Below are positions 38,432 to 51,970 of a DNA stretch of 64,000 nucleotides, one piece after another; the stretch's first letter is position 1; each line of letters begins with the position of its first letter. The stretch is from Malacoraja senta (lineage: Eukaryota): the NCBI GenBank assembly GCA_038087875.1, contig CM075996.1, positions 3,226,001 to 3,290,000 on the forward strand. The letters run 5' to 3'. The position numbers and the translations under genes are program-made. The notes under the pieces were generated by a model. That model had not been told where the DNA came from. It saw only the letters and a list, made by a program, of their open reading frames with translations, and did no database searches.

Positions 38432-40702
38432 TTCAAGATTCAAGAGAGTTTATTGTCATGTGTCCCAGATAGGACAATTAAATTCTTGCTTTGCTTCAGC
38501 ACAACTGAATATAGTAGGCATAAATAAATACAGAACACAACTGATCAGTGTGACCATATACCAATGAATATATATATATACACACATAAATAAACAGATA
38601 AAGTGCAATGGGCTATTAATGATCAGAGTTTTGTTTGAGTTGAGTTTAATAGCCTGATGGCTGTGGGGAAGCAGCTATTCCTGAACCTGGATGTTGCAGA
38701 TTTCAGGCTCCTGTACCTTCTACCTGAAGGTAGCGGGGAGATGAGAGTGGCCAGGATGGTGTGGGTCCTTGATGATGCTGGTAGCCTTTTTGAGGCAGCG
38801 ACTGCGAAAGATCCCCTCGATGGTAGGGAGGTCAGAGCCGATGATGAACTGGGCAGTACTTACAACTTTTTGCAGTCTTTTTCGCTCCTGGGCACTCAGG
38901 TTGCCGAACCAAGCCACGATGCAACCGGTCAGCATGCTCTCTACTGTGCACCTGTAGAAGTTCGAGAGAGTACTCCTTGACATACCGACACTCCGTAATC
39001 TTCTCAGGAAGTAGAGGCGCTGATATGCTTTCTTTATAATTGCATCCGTGATCTCGGACCAGGAGAGATCGTCAGAGATATGCACGCCCAGGAATTTGAA
39101 GCTCTTGACCCTCTCCACCATCGACCCGTTGATATAAACGGGACTATGGGTCCCCATCCTACCCCTTCCAAAGTGCACAACCAGTTCCTTAGTTTTGCTA
39201 ATTTTGAGAGCCAGGTTATTTTTCTGGCACCATTTGGTCAAACGGTCGATCTCACTTCTATACTCTGACTCGTCTCCATCAGGAATACGTCCCACAACAG
39301 TGGTGTCGTCAGCGAACTTGATGATGGAGTTCGCACTATGTCCGGCTACGCAGTCATGAGTATAGAGTGAGTACAGCAGGGGGCTGAGCACGCAGCCTTG
39401 AGGTGCTCCCGTGCTGATTGTTATCGAGGCTGACACATTTCCACCAATACGGACAGACTGTGGTCTGTGAATGAGGAAGTCGAGGATCCAATTGCAGAGG
39501 GATGCGCAGAGACCCAGTTCTGAAAGTTTGGTAACCAGCTTGGAGGGGATGATTGTGTTAAATGCCGAGCTGTAGTCAATGAATAACAGCCTGACATATG
39601 AGTTTTTGTTGTCCAAGTGGTCCAGAGCGGAGTGGAGAGGCAGCGAGATCGCATCCACCGTTGGTTGACCTGTTGTGGCGGTATGCGAACTGCAGTGGGT
39701 CCAGGTCTTTGTCGAGGTAGAAGTTGATTTGCGCCATGATCAACCTCTCAGAGCACTTCATCACCACGACGTTAGTGCCACTGGTCGATAGTCATTGAGG
39801 CACGTCACCTTGCTCTTCTTGGGCACCGGTATAATTGATGCCCTTTTAAAGCAGGTGGGAACCTCAGACCTCAGAAGTGAGAGGTTGAAAATGTCCGTAA
39901 AAACTCCAGCCAGTTGGTCTGCACAGGTTTTTAGAACACGACCGGGTATGCCATCAGGTCCAGGCGTATTTCCGAGGTTTCACCCCTCTGAAGGATTTCC
40001 TGATGTCGACTTTAGTGACCGTGACCGAAATACCATCACAGCGAATGCACAGAAGGCTCGAGAAGGCACATCAGTGTTCTCCCTATCAAAGCGTGCGTAA
40101 AACGCATTGAGCTCGTCAGGGAGTGAAGTTTCACTGACGTGTGCTGCCTCCTGATTTCGCCTTGAAGGAGGTGATGGCATTCAAGCCCCACCACAGCTGC
40201 CGAACATCCGTCTCATCCTCCAGCTTGGAGCAGAAGTCCCTTTTGGCCTTTTTGATGGCCTTACTAAGGTCGTATCTGGTCTTCATGTAGTCCTCGGTAC
40301 CTTCAGACATGGATGCCCGGTGTCTGGACTTCAGAAGAGTGCGGATCTCATATTTCATCCAAGGCTTCTGATTGGGAAACACTTGGAAGGTTTTTGTTGG
40401 GATGCAGTCCTCCACACATTTCTTTATGAAGTCTAACGCCTGAACATTGCCCAGTCTACAGACTCCAAACAGTCCTGGAGTAGTTCCTCTGCCCCCCCGA
40501 CCAGCTCTGAACAGTCCTCACCTCTGGGGGTGCGCTCTTTAATTGCTGCCTGTAGGCAGGAAGAAGCAGCACCGCGGAATGGTCAGATTTACCGAAGTGA
40601 GGAGCGAGGGATAGAGCGATAGGCATCCTTGATGGTGATGTAGCAGTGGTCAAGGGTGGTTGGTCATCTGGTGCAGCAGGAGACATGTTGGTGGAAGTTA
40701 GC
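38432..40702 (-). mobile_element. Rex1/Babar-type LINE, 5'-truncated and frameshifted
   Basis: Endonuclease tail (HFGKSDHSAVLLLPAYRQ) and RT motifs ([41 protein letters not shown]), then a 3' UTR with AATAAA and a (TCTTGA)n tail. Confidence 0.92.
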
Positions 40703-40777
40703 ATGTGGGCCACATTATATATTTGGCAAATTTTTGCGGGCCTTAGGAAAAAATAAAGACAATAGATGCAGGAGTAG

Positions 40778-41140
40778 GCCAAAATAAAGAGATTGGAAGT
40801 ACAGAAACAGAAATTAGGTGCAGGAGGAGGCCATTCGGCCCTTTGAGCCAGCACCGCCATTCACTGTGATCATGGCTGATCATCCACAATCAGTACCCCG
40901 TTCCTGCCTTCTCACCATATCCCTTGATTCCGCTAGCCCTAAGAGTAAGAGCACTATCCAACTCTTGAATGCATCCAGTGAATCGGCCTCCACTGCCTTG
41001 GCAGAGAATTCCACAGATTCACAACTCTGTGTGAATAGGTTTTTCCTCGTCTCAGTTCTAAATGGCCTACCCCTTATTCTTAAACTGTGGCCCCTGGTTC
41101 TGGACTCCACCAACATTGGGAACATGTTTCCTGCATCTAA
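40778..41140 (-). mobile_element. CR1 LINE 3' fragment
   Basis: DAGNMFPMLVESRTRGHSLRIRGRPFRTETRKN plus a CR1 3' UTR. Confidence 0.85.
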
Positions 41141-41937
41141 CATTCTAAATTCACTGGGATGGAACCCTCTCCAAGACATACGTAAAGCTCACTGTTTGAC
41201 CTGTTTTGTGACAACCTCATGTCAACTTGACAGTTCAGTGGTCTGGTCAGCTTCCCACCATCCATTCTTTGTATTGGTTTATTATGATTATGTGTACTGA
41301 GATACAATGAAAAACGTTGTTTTGTGTGCTATCCAGGAAAATCACACATACATGATTACAATCAACTCATTTTCACACCTTACCCTTCCATATCTCAAAT
41401 CTCCCTCTCCCCTGACTCTCAGTCTGAAGAAGGGTCCCCTTCTGGGATAAATAAAGTTCTATTGTATCACATTGATCCAACAGCATCTCTGGAGAGAAGG
41501 AATGGGTGACGTTTTGGGTCAAGACTCTCCTAGTCTGAATACAGATTCAAGAGTGGAGACTTGGATTTTATGTACTTCCTTTCAAAATCCTGGAGATGCA
41601 CCATTGAGCATTATCGACTAAAGTGAAAGAGAAGGGCTTGTGTTCATGTAGCATCTCTCAGGATGTCTCAAAGCATTTATAGCTACTGAATTACCTTTGA
41701 AGCAAAGCTCTCGTTGCATTGGTGATAATGTGCCAGCCAATTTGCAATCAACCAGTCAAACTCAAAGTGAAAATGTCGAGAGAAATTGTGTTTGTGATAT
41801 TGCCTGAGAGATAAGCATCGGTGTACTCTATGCTATTTGAAGTAGTGTCATGGAATCTTTTAGAGAGCAGATGGGGCTTATCATAAAACACCATCACCCC
41901 ACAATGTCCTTGGTAACTGACAATTATCAAGTATACT

Positions 41938-42184
41938 AAAGATAGACACAAAATGCTGGAGTTACTCTGTGGGTCAGGCAGCATCTCTTGAGAGAAGGAA
42001 TGGGTGACGTTTTGGGCGAAACCCTTCTTCAGATTGAGAGTCAGGGGTCAGGATCAGAATCCCCTGACCCAGTCTGTAGAAGAATCTCGACCCGAAACGT
42101 CACCCATTCCTTCTCTCCAGAGATGCTGCCTGCCCCACTGAGTTCCTCCAGCATTTTGTGTCTATCTTCGATGTAAACCAGCAT
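41938..42184. mobile_element. PLE-derived foldback (two inverted pLTR arms)
   Basis: AAGATAGACACAAAATGCTGGAG...CTTCTTCAGA followed by TCTG..GAAG..TCTCGACCCGAAACGTCACCC...CAGCATTTTGTGTCTATCTT: a long imperfect palindrome. Confidence 0.75.
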
Positions 42185-42632
42185 GGACTTTGGGACTTTG
42201 CCTTCCATCACAGTGAGGAGGTGCCTGGTGGACTCACTGTGGTGGATGTTAAACTGTGTTGAGTGTGTGTTTTTGTTATTTATTCTATGTTATGACTGCA
42301 GGCTAAACCATTTCGTTGCACTGAAAAGTGCAATGACAATAAATTGAATCAAATCAAATCAAATCAAAATCTGCAGTTCCTTCCTACACATATCAATTAT
42401 ACTAAGCCTGTTTACCAGCAATTGTGTTTAATGCCTGATTCAAATGCTACATTTAAGTGGAGCACTCCCTCAGCACCACGTTAGATACTGGATCAGAATT
42501 GGAGGCAGAAATATACAGCTGGCACCTGCACTATTTTTAATAGAATTAAACTGTTTTTAAAATCAGAAATTAAAGTGCTGCTTAATTTCTAATTGTATCT
42601 CATTATCAAAGCATATGGAGCCTTATAATAGT

Positions 42633-43035
42633 AACCATATAACCATATAACAATTATAGCACGGAAACAGGCCATCTCGGCCCTTCTAGTCTGTGCCGAA
42701 CACTTACTCTCACCTAGTCCCATCTACCTGCACTCAGACCATAACCCTCCATTCCTTTCCCGTCCATATACCTATCCAATTTATTTTTAAATGATAAAAT
42801 CGAACCTGCCTCCACCACTTCCACTGGAAGCTCATTCCACACAGCCACCACTCTCTGAGTAAAGAAGTTCCCCCTCATGTTACCCCTAAACTTTTGTCCC
42901 TTAATTCTCAAATCATATCCTCTTGTTTGAATCTTTCCTACTCTCAATGGAAAAAGCTTATCCACGTCAACTCTGTCTATCCCTCTCATAATTTTAAAGA
43001 CCTCTATCAAGTCCCCCCTTAACCTTCTGCGCTCA
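42633..43035 (-). mobile_element. CR1 LINE 3' fragment
   Basis: IEVFKIMRGIDRVDVDKLFPL..RGNFFTQRVVAVWNELP and a (GGTTATAT)n tail. Confidence 0.88.
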
Positions 43036-46000
43036 AGGAAGGAATATGTATTATGAAGGAATCATGTCCGAAAGGAAAGGGACATTTTACAGACAACATG
43101 ATGGTGGTTTTGCATTGGAACAGAAATAATAGGATTACAATACACTCTCCGCTGACCCTAATCCTGTTAATCCACTATGTCACTTAAGCACTCAGTGACA
43201 GCCCAGTGGTTTTGCTTCCGTCATCGCAAGAAAAATAAATTTCTAACTAATGCTAGTCATGTTATCTGATCATGGATTAAATTAGATTTAATCTTCACAG
43301 CAAGGTATCCATGGAGACGAGCATAGTTTTACTTCACAATGTGGCTTGTCGGTTTGACAAATCAGTGAGCAAGTCAAATAATGTGGCATGAATCCAGCAT
43401 TTTCCTGAATGCCACATTTACAGAAATACACCCGTGTGATGATGCACATGATTACATTCAGTTTCTTTTTTACCTTTTAAAGGCAGCTTTAACAATTGCA
43501 GGATCTATTACTGACTTGTACCTGAGATGTAAAATTTAGGTCCCATTCACCTAAGTCTTTCAGATGGAGGGTAAATAGATTGTGGCATGGAGACACAAGA
43601 GACTGCAGATGCTGTAACCTTGAGCTAAAAACAACTGGCTGGATCAACTTAATGGGTCAAGCAGCATCTGTTGAGGGAAATAGACAAACAACATTTGGGG
43701 TTGGAATCTTCAGATGGTTGTGTGCTTCTTGGCCTTAAATTTCTGTCAGTGGGGGATTTCACCACATTTTAGCACAATTATGGAAATTACAACACATTCT
43801 AGCCCTGCTCATTTGCAAAATACGTCTCTCTCAATTAATGCTAAATTGAAAGAGACAAGTTGAGTCCATCTGAGTGAGGGCTCAGCCAGCTGCTGCATTC
43901 TCCATGTCAATGGCTGCTTATTTTTCAGCATGGACTGAGTGAGTTAAGGGCATCTTTCCGTGCTGTCATTGTCATACAGCAAATATTGTATCAGAAAATA
44001 ATTCATAAGAATATTAAATGTCTTTTTTTTCATTCACAAGACATGGATACCCCCTGAAATAGCCAGTATTTATTCCCACCTCTTTTCCCTTGAGCTGAGT
44101 GACATGCTAGGCCACTTCTGAAGTTTTTTAAAGGTCCTGCATAATTTAATTGTGCACTGCATTAAAACTCCTCCAGATGGACATTAAAGATCCTTTCATG
44201 TCAAAGTTTTCCTCAGTGTTAATGATCCATATTATCCCCCAATCAACATCACTAATATGGTTTACAATATTGCTCTCCGTGAGAGCTTGTGGTTCATATA
44301 TTTGCTGTTGTTTCTTGCCATGCTACAATAATTACGCTTCAAAAGTACTTGGTGTGCTGAAAGAAGCTGGATGAACATGTTTATTCGTGAACATCTGGAT
44401 GAATATCTTCTCATCTCTTTTCTAAACGAACGTCCTCAATTCTGAGGCTATGACCTCTGGTCCTAGACTCTCCAACTAGTGGAAACAACCTCTCCACATC
44501 CACTCTATCCAGTCTTGTACTTCAAACTGTACTTCAAACTCACTACAGTAGCAAAGGCTACTGAGAAGTTCTAGGTCATAATGCTTCACCTGGGTTAATT
44601 GAATATACAATACGAATTAACGTGAATTAACCATTGTCCAATTAAAAGGAAACTGACCACTTTAAAGACAAACATGCATTTTCTCACTCGTCACTGACAG
44701 GTAGAAAACCAAACCTCATTTGTTTGGCCCGTGATGCTTTAGCTTTCTGCCGTCACTGTAACTTGAGATAAAATTATCTGTGTTTTAAAAGATGTGGAAT
44801 GCGAGACAGTAACTTAGTTCCCAAACAACCTGTGCCATAAAATGTTCCTCTGGCTCTATGGGGCTCAATCTGTGACCTCGTAAGGAATTGGAGGAGGTAT
44901 ACAAATATAATGTAGTCTAACAGTATGAAAGGTCTAAACATATTTTCCAAATCCTGTGATCTTAGTGGATCCTCTCTTTTTAGAGTCATGGAATCATACA
45001 GTGTGGAAACAGGCCCTTTGGCCCAACATGCCCACACCTACCAACATGTCCCAGCTACACTAGTCCCACCTGCCTGCGTTTGGCCCATATCCCTCTAAAC
45101 CTGTCCTATCTATGTACCTGTCTAATTGTTCTTAAATGTTGCGATAGTTCCTGCATCAACTACTTCCTCTGGCAGCTCATTCCTTACATCTACCACCCTT
45201 TGTGTGTAAAAATTACCCCTCTGTGTGTCTACCCGATCTATTCCTCACATGAGTTTTTAATGGCTAATTTGAACAGTTAAAGCATTACACTTTGCTCACA
45301 GTTAAGTTCTGCGTTTAGAAAGTGCTTGGCATATCAAATGTACTGAGGGTAATTTAAACTCACCCCAGAAATGAGAGAACCATGAGGGGATCTGTGCGAT
45401 AAGTGGTTTGGGATTAATTGACTAATCCGTTCTCAGGATCGAGTCAGTCAGAAATATTTTAAGATAGCGATGTCTCTATTTTAACCGGCCTTTTATCTTT
45501 TGTGGGTTTCTGATTTCCAGAATTAAGAAAATCAAGAAAGGCGACATAAACTTCTATTTATTTTTTACTGCACACACTGAAATGGACACTGGTTGAGGAA
45601 TGTTTTTTTGTTTCCTCTGGGTATGCGAATACTCAGGAAATGACAATAAAGATATACAATACAATACAATACAATAAGTGTCACTGATAAGGCCAGCATT
45701 TATTTGTAGCAGCAGCATACCTGTACGTGACTGTGCCAGGCAACATCTCTTCCGCCTACCGCTGTGTGGTCCAGCGCCAAAAAGCCAGGATGAGCAACCC
45801 CACATTATTCGGCAAGTAGGATTTGAAAATTAAGTGAATTTCACTGTTGCATGAATTTTGATGCAAAGAAATTAGAGTAAAAAAAATGAACTGCAGATGC
45901 TGGTTTATACCAACGATAGTTACAAAATGCTGGAGTATCTTAGTGGGCCATGCAGCATCTCTGGAGAACATGGATTGGTGACGTTTTGGGTCGGGACCCT

Positions 46001-46592
46001 TCTTCATCCATTTTCTCCAGACATGCTGCCTGACCCACTGAGTTACTCCAGCATTTAGCGTGTAGCATTCAGGCAAATAAATAGTTTGGTTTGGATTGAG
46101 GTGTCTTGTTGTACAGAAAGAAATGGCTTTTCATAAACTCAGCATTGTTTTAAATACTCGGTAGCAAACAAATCACTTTTGCACTAACTGTTGTAATGTA
46201 GGGAAATAAGATGCAACAAGTCTCATATGTGCAAACATGTTAATAGCTAAATTATTTTGTTAGCTATAAAGTCTGAAGAAGCGTCCCGACCTGAAACGAG
46301 ACCTATCCATTTTCTCCAGAGTTGCTGCCTGACCAGCTGAGTTATTCCAGCAATTTGTATTTATCTTTGGTATAAACCAGCATTTGCACTTCCTTGTTAT
46401 TACAATTTGGTTAAGGACAGTGCTTTCTTTGTGACTATGCGCCAGTATGGCATACTGACACCTCTAAAAAGTTAAATGTTACTCTGTCTTTTGGTCACAA
46501 GACGCATATTTTTATTAATCATGCATACCAGTAGCTTTTCCTACATACGAACAAGCACTGGTTAAGGATAAGTCTTATCAGGGTCACCAGTG

Positions 46593-46721
46593 GGGTGGGA
46601 GATTGCAACCTTCACCTGTTTCGACGAATGCAATCAACCCGGCGTACACAATCAAATAAGATCAAATAGAACAAGTTGTCCTACAACTTTAGGCTGTGCA
46701 CGCCATACGCAAGAAGAAGAA
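46593..46721 (+). mobile_element. Short retroposon with an HDV-like ribozyme head (copy 1, ~10-nt internal deletion)
   Basis: Near-identical to 52538-52680. (GAA)n tail; degenerate 11-bp TSD GGTCACCAGTG / GGTTACCAATG. Confidence 0.8.
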
Positions 46722-48149
46722 GGTTACCAATGATCTTTACATCTCCTGAGAGACCATAAACATTGAAGAAATAAGAGTAGGAGTAGTCTATTCGGCCTTG
46801 AGCCATTTAATAAGATCATGCCTGATCTTCTGCCTCAGCAACATTTTCCTTTCCATCTCCATATTAAAAATCTATTGATATCAGGTTTGAATTGAATCAA
46901 TGGCTGAGCTTCTACAACTCTCTTGGATGGAGAATTCAAAGAATCTTCACCTTCTGAATGAAAATAATAAAAGACAAATAAAAAACATTCTAATAAAAAT
47001 AAAAGATTTTTATTAATATGTTTTTTATTCGTCTTTTGTTATTTTTTATTTTAATCTTAAAATGAACGTATTTTAAATACCAAAGAGTAAAAGAAGATTC
47101 AACGAAATAATCCTCCCTGACTGACGGCCACAATTAAAACATTAGTAAGTCATGAGGGCTATTTTAACACTTGTTAACACTCATGATTTAGTTCTAATGC
47201 GACTCTAGACTCTAGAAAGCAGTCCCAACAAAGTCATTAAAAAGTTAGTTAACTTTAGAATTAACACATTTTTTCATTTTCTTGAAGTTAGTACATAGTA
47301 GGTAGATTTTTACAAATTTATGTACATTTTGAAGTGTATCTAATTGAAGTTTCTTCTATGCGGCCTTATTAGATTACAGCTAACTTAATGCGGCATTCCA
47401 ACATGAAAAGGTTCCCCACCCCAGGTCTAGAATCTCTTAAGAACAATTCTAGTTCCAATGTCGTGGGCTGGCTGAATTAACATCCGTGAATACTTGAGGA
47501 AGTGCAGTCAGTGACGTCTATGTTTCCCTGGAAACTAATCTCTCCACATCATTATGTTAAAAGTTTGAAGTGTTAGGGCTGCTGTTGCAACCCACTGTCT
47601 TAACAAAGTTAAAGATAAGACTCTCCCATACTAAAATGAACAGCTTCACATTTTAAAATAAATTACATATAGCTTGGTGTCTGTTCTCTGTCAATTGAAT
47701 AGGGCAGCACGGTGGCAGAGCGGTAGAGTTGCTGCCTTACAGCGCCAGACACCCAGGTTTAATCCTGACTACGGGTGGTGTCTATACGGTGTTTGTACGT
47801 TCTTCCTGGGTTTTCCCCGGGTGCTTCGGTTTCCTCCCACACTCCAAAGACGACCGGTTCTTAGGTTAATTTTTGTGGGTAAAATCTGTAAATTGTCCCT
47901 AGTGTGTAGGATAGTGCTGGTGTGCAGGAATGGCTAGTCGGTGTGGAATTGGTGGGCTGAAGGGCCTGTTTCCACACTGCATCTCTAAAACTAAGAACTA
48001 AAAACTATGAAGGTTTAGGATTATTTTTCCTCATGAAAGATGTTACAGAAATAGATATTATTATTTTTCAAAAACATGCCTGCCTTTCTGGGTGATAATA
48101 CGATTGGAATAACATAGGAAGTTATTTTAAGTTCATCTATTAAACCATG

Positions 48150-50500
48150 GTGTACAGTGAGCTGGTTCCAGGGTGTGGCATTGAGCCAAGTGCAGTGTAA
48201 GGGTCAAACTGACAATTTCAGCTAAAATGTGAAATGGTGTTATCAGCTTAATACACTCGAGGGGTTGGACCATTTGAAAGACCATGCCTCCTCGATGCAA
48301 CAAGTAAGGAGAATGGATGCATCCAATCCCAGACCAGGAATAGTTTCTGGCCCTCCGAGCTGCAGTGGATAAGGGACAGATAGGCGTCATTCCCACTAGC
48401 ACCCTCTATGCCCTTTGGAAAATACATTGTGAGAAAAAGGGGAATCATGGGCAGAATGAAGAAAACCCGGCTCGAGACGAGAGTTCTTGGGGATGGACCG
48501 TGCCGGTTCCCCCTAGACTAGAGGTGTGGCCAGGGTCCCCGGCGGGTTTTCTCGGTAGCCCTCGCTCGACCGGGCGACCCGAGGCCTTATGCCCCTGTTA
48601 CCCTCCCCGATGGAGTCGCTGTGTCCCACTACATGGCTGGGAGGATGATTCAGATTCAGATTCAACTTTATTGTTATTGTGCAGTGTACAGTACAGAGAC
48701 AATGAAATGCAGTTAGCATCTCCCTAGAAGAGCGACATAAATATGAGCAATAAATAAATCTATTTACGTGCATACAGTCATAACAGGCGCTCCCGCTTGC
48801 GTTACGGCGGGAGAATGTCTCGATTGAATTGCAGGTGTCGGCTACTGCTCGTGAGGAGGAGTGGAGTCTGGCAACAGCATGACGGGCGCGTCTCGGCTTC
48901 TGGGCAAAGAAATTGTCTGATCCCGCCGCGCGATATTCGCCCTTTGAGCGACAGTCGTTTGCATGTTGCTTGGCAGTCCTTGCTAACGAACACCTTACAA
49001 CGAGTGGGATAGTGGTTACGCGCCCTCAGTTACCTATTATGCCCTGGGTTAAGTCCGCCAAGGTCTCCCATAAGGAGGAACATGCACAGCGCTCCTCTAT
49101 TGTAAAATGGAAATGGAACATCTCTGATAGGGCTGAGAGAACCCTGACGGTGTTAGCCGTCTGCATGAGGTGGTAATGGCCCTCCCTTTGTCCGATGACA
49201 ACACTCCAGTCTCACTGTACACCAACTCCTGGGCCGTTGCCAACGGTATGGCTATATGGATGACACAGTCACAGTGGCAGTCCCAGGGGTGGGAGATACC
49301 TGGTCTGCACCAGCTAATCGCCGTGTATGGTCCCCCATGGGACATTCATTCTTAGAACCGGTCCCACATTACCGGTAACAAAGTGCAACAGTAGGCAGCT
49401 GATAATGAGGTGCAGTGGTCCCTCCACATCCAGTATTACCCGCATGCAACAGGGCTGGTGGAACATATGAATGGTCTACTAAAAGAGCATATATGTACAC
49501 TAACTTCCTCCCACACCCTCAAGGGGTTGGCCCTGGTGTTACAGAAAGCAGTAAACAACTTGAACCAACGACCTGTGGCAGGGGAGACACCTATGAGCCG
49601 ACATCTGGCTGTTGCAGTCGAGCCAGTTGATGCCACACAGACAAAAGAACATCAGGATTATGTTCAGGCTTATGGTGACTGGGGAGGATAATCCTATATG
49701 TCTTCCTTTACAGCACTTACCCAGGCGAGAGTGAGCCTGCTCCGCACTCTCCCTGCAGAACAGCCACGAGACGCATCATGTATACCGGACGATAGGCGTA
49801 GGCTGATACTTCTGGCAGTGCTGGCTGCTGCACCGCCTGCCTGCACGGAATCAAACACCTATCTCTCGCTCCTGCATGTGTACCTACGTAAACTGAGTTT
49901 GTGCACATGTCCCACATCGCAGACCATGGGACCACTCTGGGGCTAGTAGAGGCAGGCAGGCTATCCAAGCCATGAGTGCCGAAATGGCAGCAATACGAAC
50001 TGTTGCCTTACAGAATCGCATGGCCCTGGACTTCCTACTAGCTGAGAAAGGGGGGACTTGTGCCATCATAGGGAGAGAATGTTACACTTACATACTGGAT
50101 GCCAGTGAAAACATTACAAACCTGATGGCCCACATACGACCACAAGTTGAGGCCTTGAATATAGTCGGTAAATAGTTGCACGATGAGGCCAGGGAGAGCG
50201 CACGATGGAATTGGTGGTCTTGGGGGTTCGGAGGTTGGGGGCATATTATTATACAATGGCTGGTGACTGGGCTTGTTTTGGTGGTGGTTGGCATAATATT
50301 CTGCAATTGTGTGCTTCCCCACTGGGGTTAAGATGAAGTGAAATTGTGTTCAAAACAGCCTGCGGCGTGCTCTGCTGTGTACTCGGGGTTTGCGAGTGCG
50401 TTCGGGGATAAGTGAGTGTATGTGCCTTATTTAGTAGTGTAATAAATTACTGAGTGAACCAAAACTGTTATCTGAATCCAGTGATTTATCGAAAACAACA
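48150..50500 (+). mobile_element. Heavily deleted endogenous retrovirus (gag/pro/pol fragments, env TM, possible 3' LTR)
   Basis: gag-like DKGQIGVIPTSTLYALWK; protease-like GDPRPYAPVT; RNase H-like SLYTNSWAVANGMAIW; integrase HIQYYPHATGLVEHMNGLLK; env TM VALQNRMALDFLLAEKGGTCAIIGRECY. Outer boundaries uncertain. Confidence 0.85.
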
Positions 50501-51682
50501 CCAAGGCAAGTAGGCTTGTCTCGCATCGATTACAGTGTTGCTCCAGTTCACCTATCTATAATTACAGTCCTCCTCTACCCTACATTCCAGCACTGGAAAG
50601 TACTTAGCAGGAGTTCCTGTTTCTTACGCCCAAGTTGGAATGATTCACTCTCTGGGACTGTGAAGTTTGTACTGTGTGAGGGAATAAAAAGGTAATTTAC
50701 CTATACTTCTGTGTAGGAGGGAACTGCAGATGCTGATTTATACAGAAGATAAACACAAAAATGCTGGAGTAACTCAGCTCAAGCAGCATCTCTGGAGAAA
50801 AGAAATAGGTGATGTTTCGGGTCGAAGCGCTTCTTCAGGCTGAAAGATAGAGGAGGCCAGAATGAAGCAGGGCCGGCAACAGATGACCCCAGGAAGCGTG
50901 GAGTCTAATGGCCCATTGTTGACTGGGGAAGATGTGCTAACTTCAGGGATACATATACCTGGGCTGAGTGGTACGATCCACGGGCAGGCTGTGCTACACT
51001 ATAAGAGACCATCTAACCTGGAACTTGTTGGCCGGTGTGGGAAAGTTGGGCAGAAGGGCCTGTTTCCGCACTGTATGACTCTATGACTATAACCACCATT
51101 AGCATTGCTGAATCCTCCCCCCCCTCCCGAGTACCAGTCAGTGTGGCTATGAAACGTAAACTGGATAAGTCACATAAATTCTGTGGCTAAATGAGCAGCT
51201 CAGAGACTGTTTCATCCTGCATGGCCCAGTACAGCATCAACTTGATCTTTAAGATCGCCAATGGTACCATTGATGTCAGCTGGAACAACAAAGATGACAC
51301 GGAATATAGGAAAGAGATGAACCACAGCTCCAATGCCATCTATAAATTTGCTGATGACACACAGTAGATGGCTGAATCACGAATGGTGACGAGTCAGGGA
51401 GGGATCGTACACCTGGTTGAATGATGCCGCAACAATAGTCTCTCACTCGACATCAGCAAAATGAAGGAACTAATTGTTCACTTCAGTTTGGGAGAAATTG
51501 GGTGACAGCATGGCAGTTTTCATGAGTGAGTTGGCGGTGGAGAGAGTTAACAGCTTCAAATTCCGAACAGGCCCTTTAGTGACCTTCAGAGTCCAAACCA
51601 GTGACAAAGGTGATAACGACTGTGTGGGGCTTATACACTGGATCTCAGAGAGATTCAACTGCTTCCCTTGCTAAAATCCAGA

Positions 51683-51970
51683 GACAATAAACAATAGGTG
51701 CAGGAGTAGGCCATTCGGCCCTTCGAGCCCTTCAATGTGATCATGGCTGATCATCCCCAATCAATACCCCGTTCCTGCCTTCTCCCCATATCCCCTGACT
51801 CCGCTATTTTTAAGAGCCCTATCTAGCTCTCTCTTGAAAGCATCCAGAGAACCTGCCTCCACCGCCCTCTGAGGCAGAGAATTCCACAGACTCACAACTC
51901 TCTGTGAGAAAAAGTGTTTCCTCGTCTCCGTTCTAAATGGCTTACTCCTTATTCTTAAACTGTGGCCACT
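51683..51970 (-). mobile_element. CR1 LINE 3' fragment
   Basis: GHSLRIRSKPFRTETRKHFFSQRVVSLWNSLPQRAVEA plus a 3' UTR. Confidence 0.85.

Noticed and set aside
45710..45815. GC-richer stretch with AG/GT boundaries, open in two + frames
   Set aside because: No recognisable protein and no partner exons or promoter found. The candidates at ~50537-50691 and ~63836 were rejected for the same reason.
47700..47780. tRNA-like sequence
   Set aside because: It is the head of an HE1-like SINE that continues into the SINE body; no complete cloverleaf.
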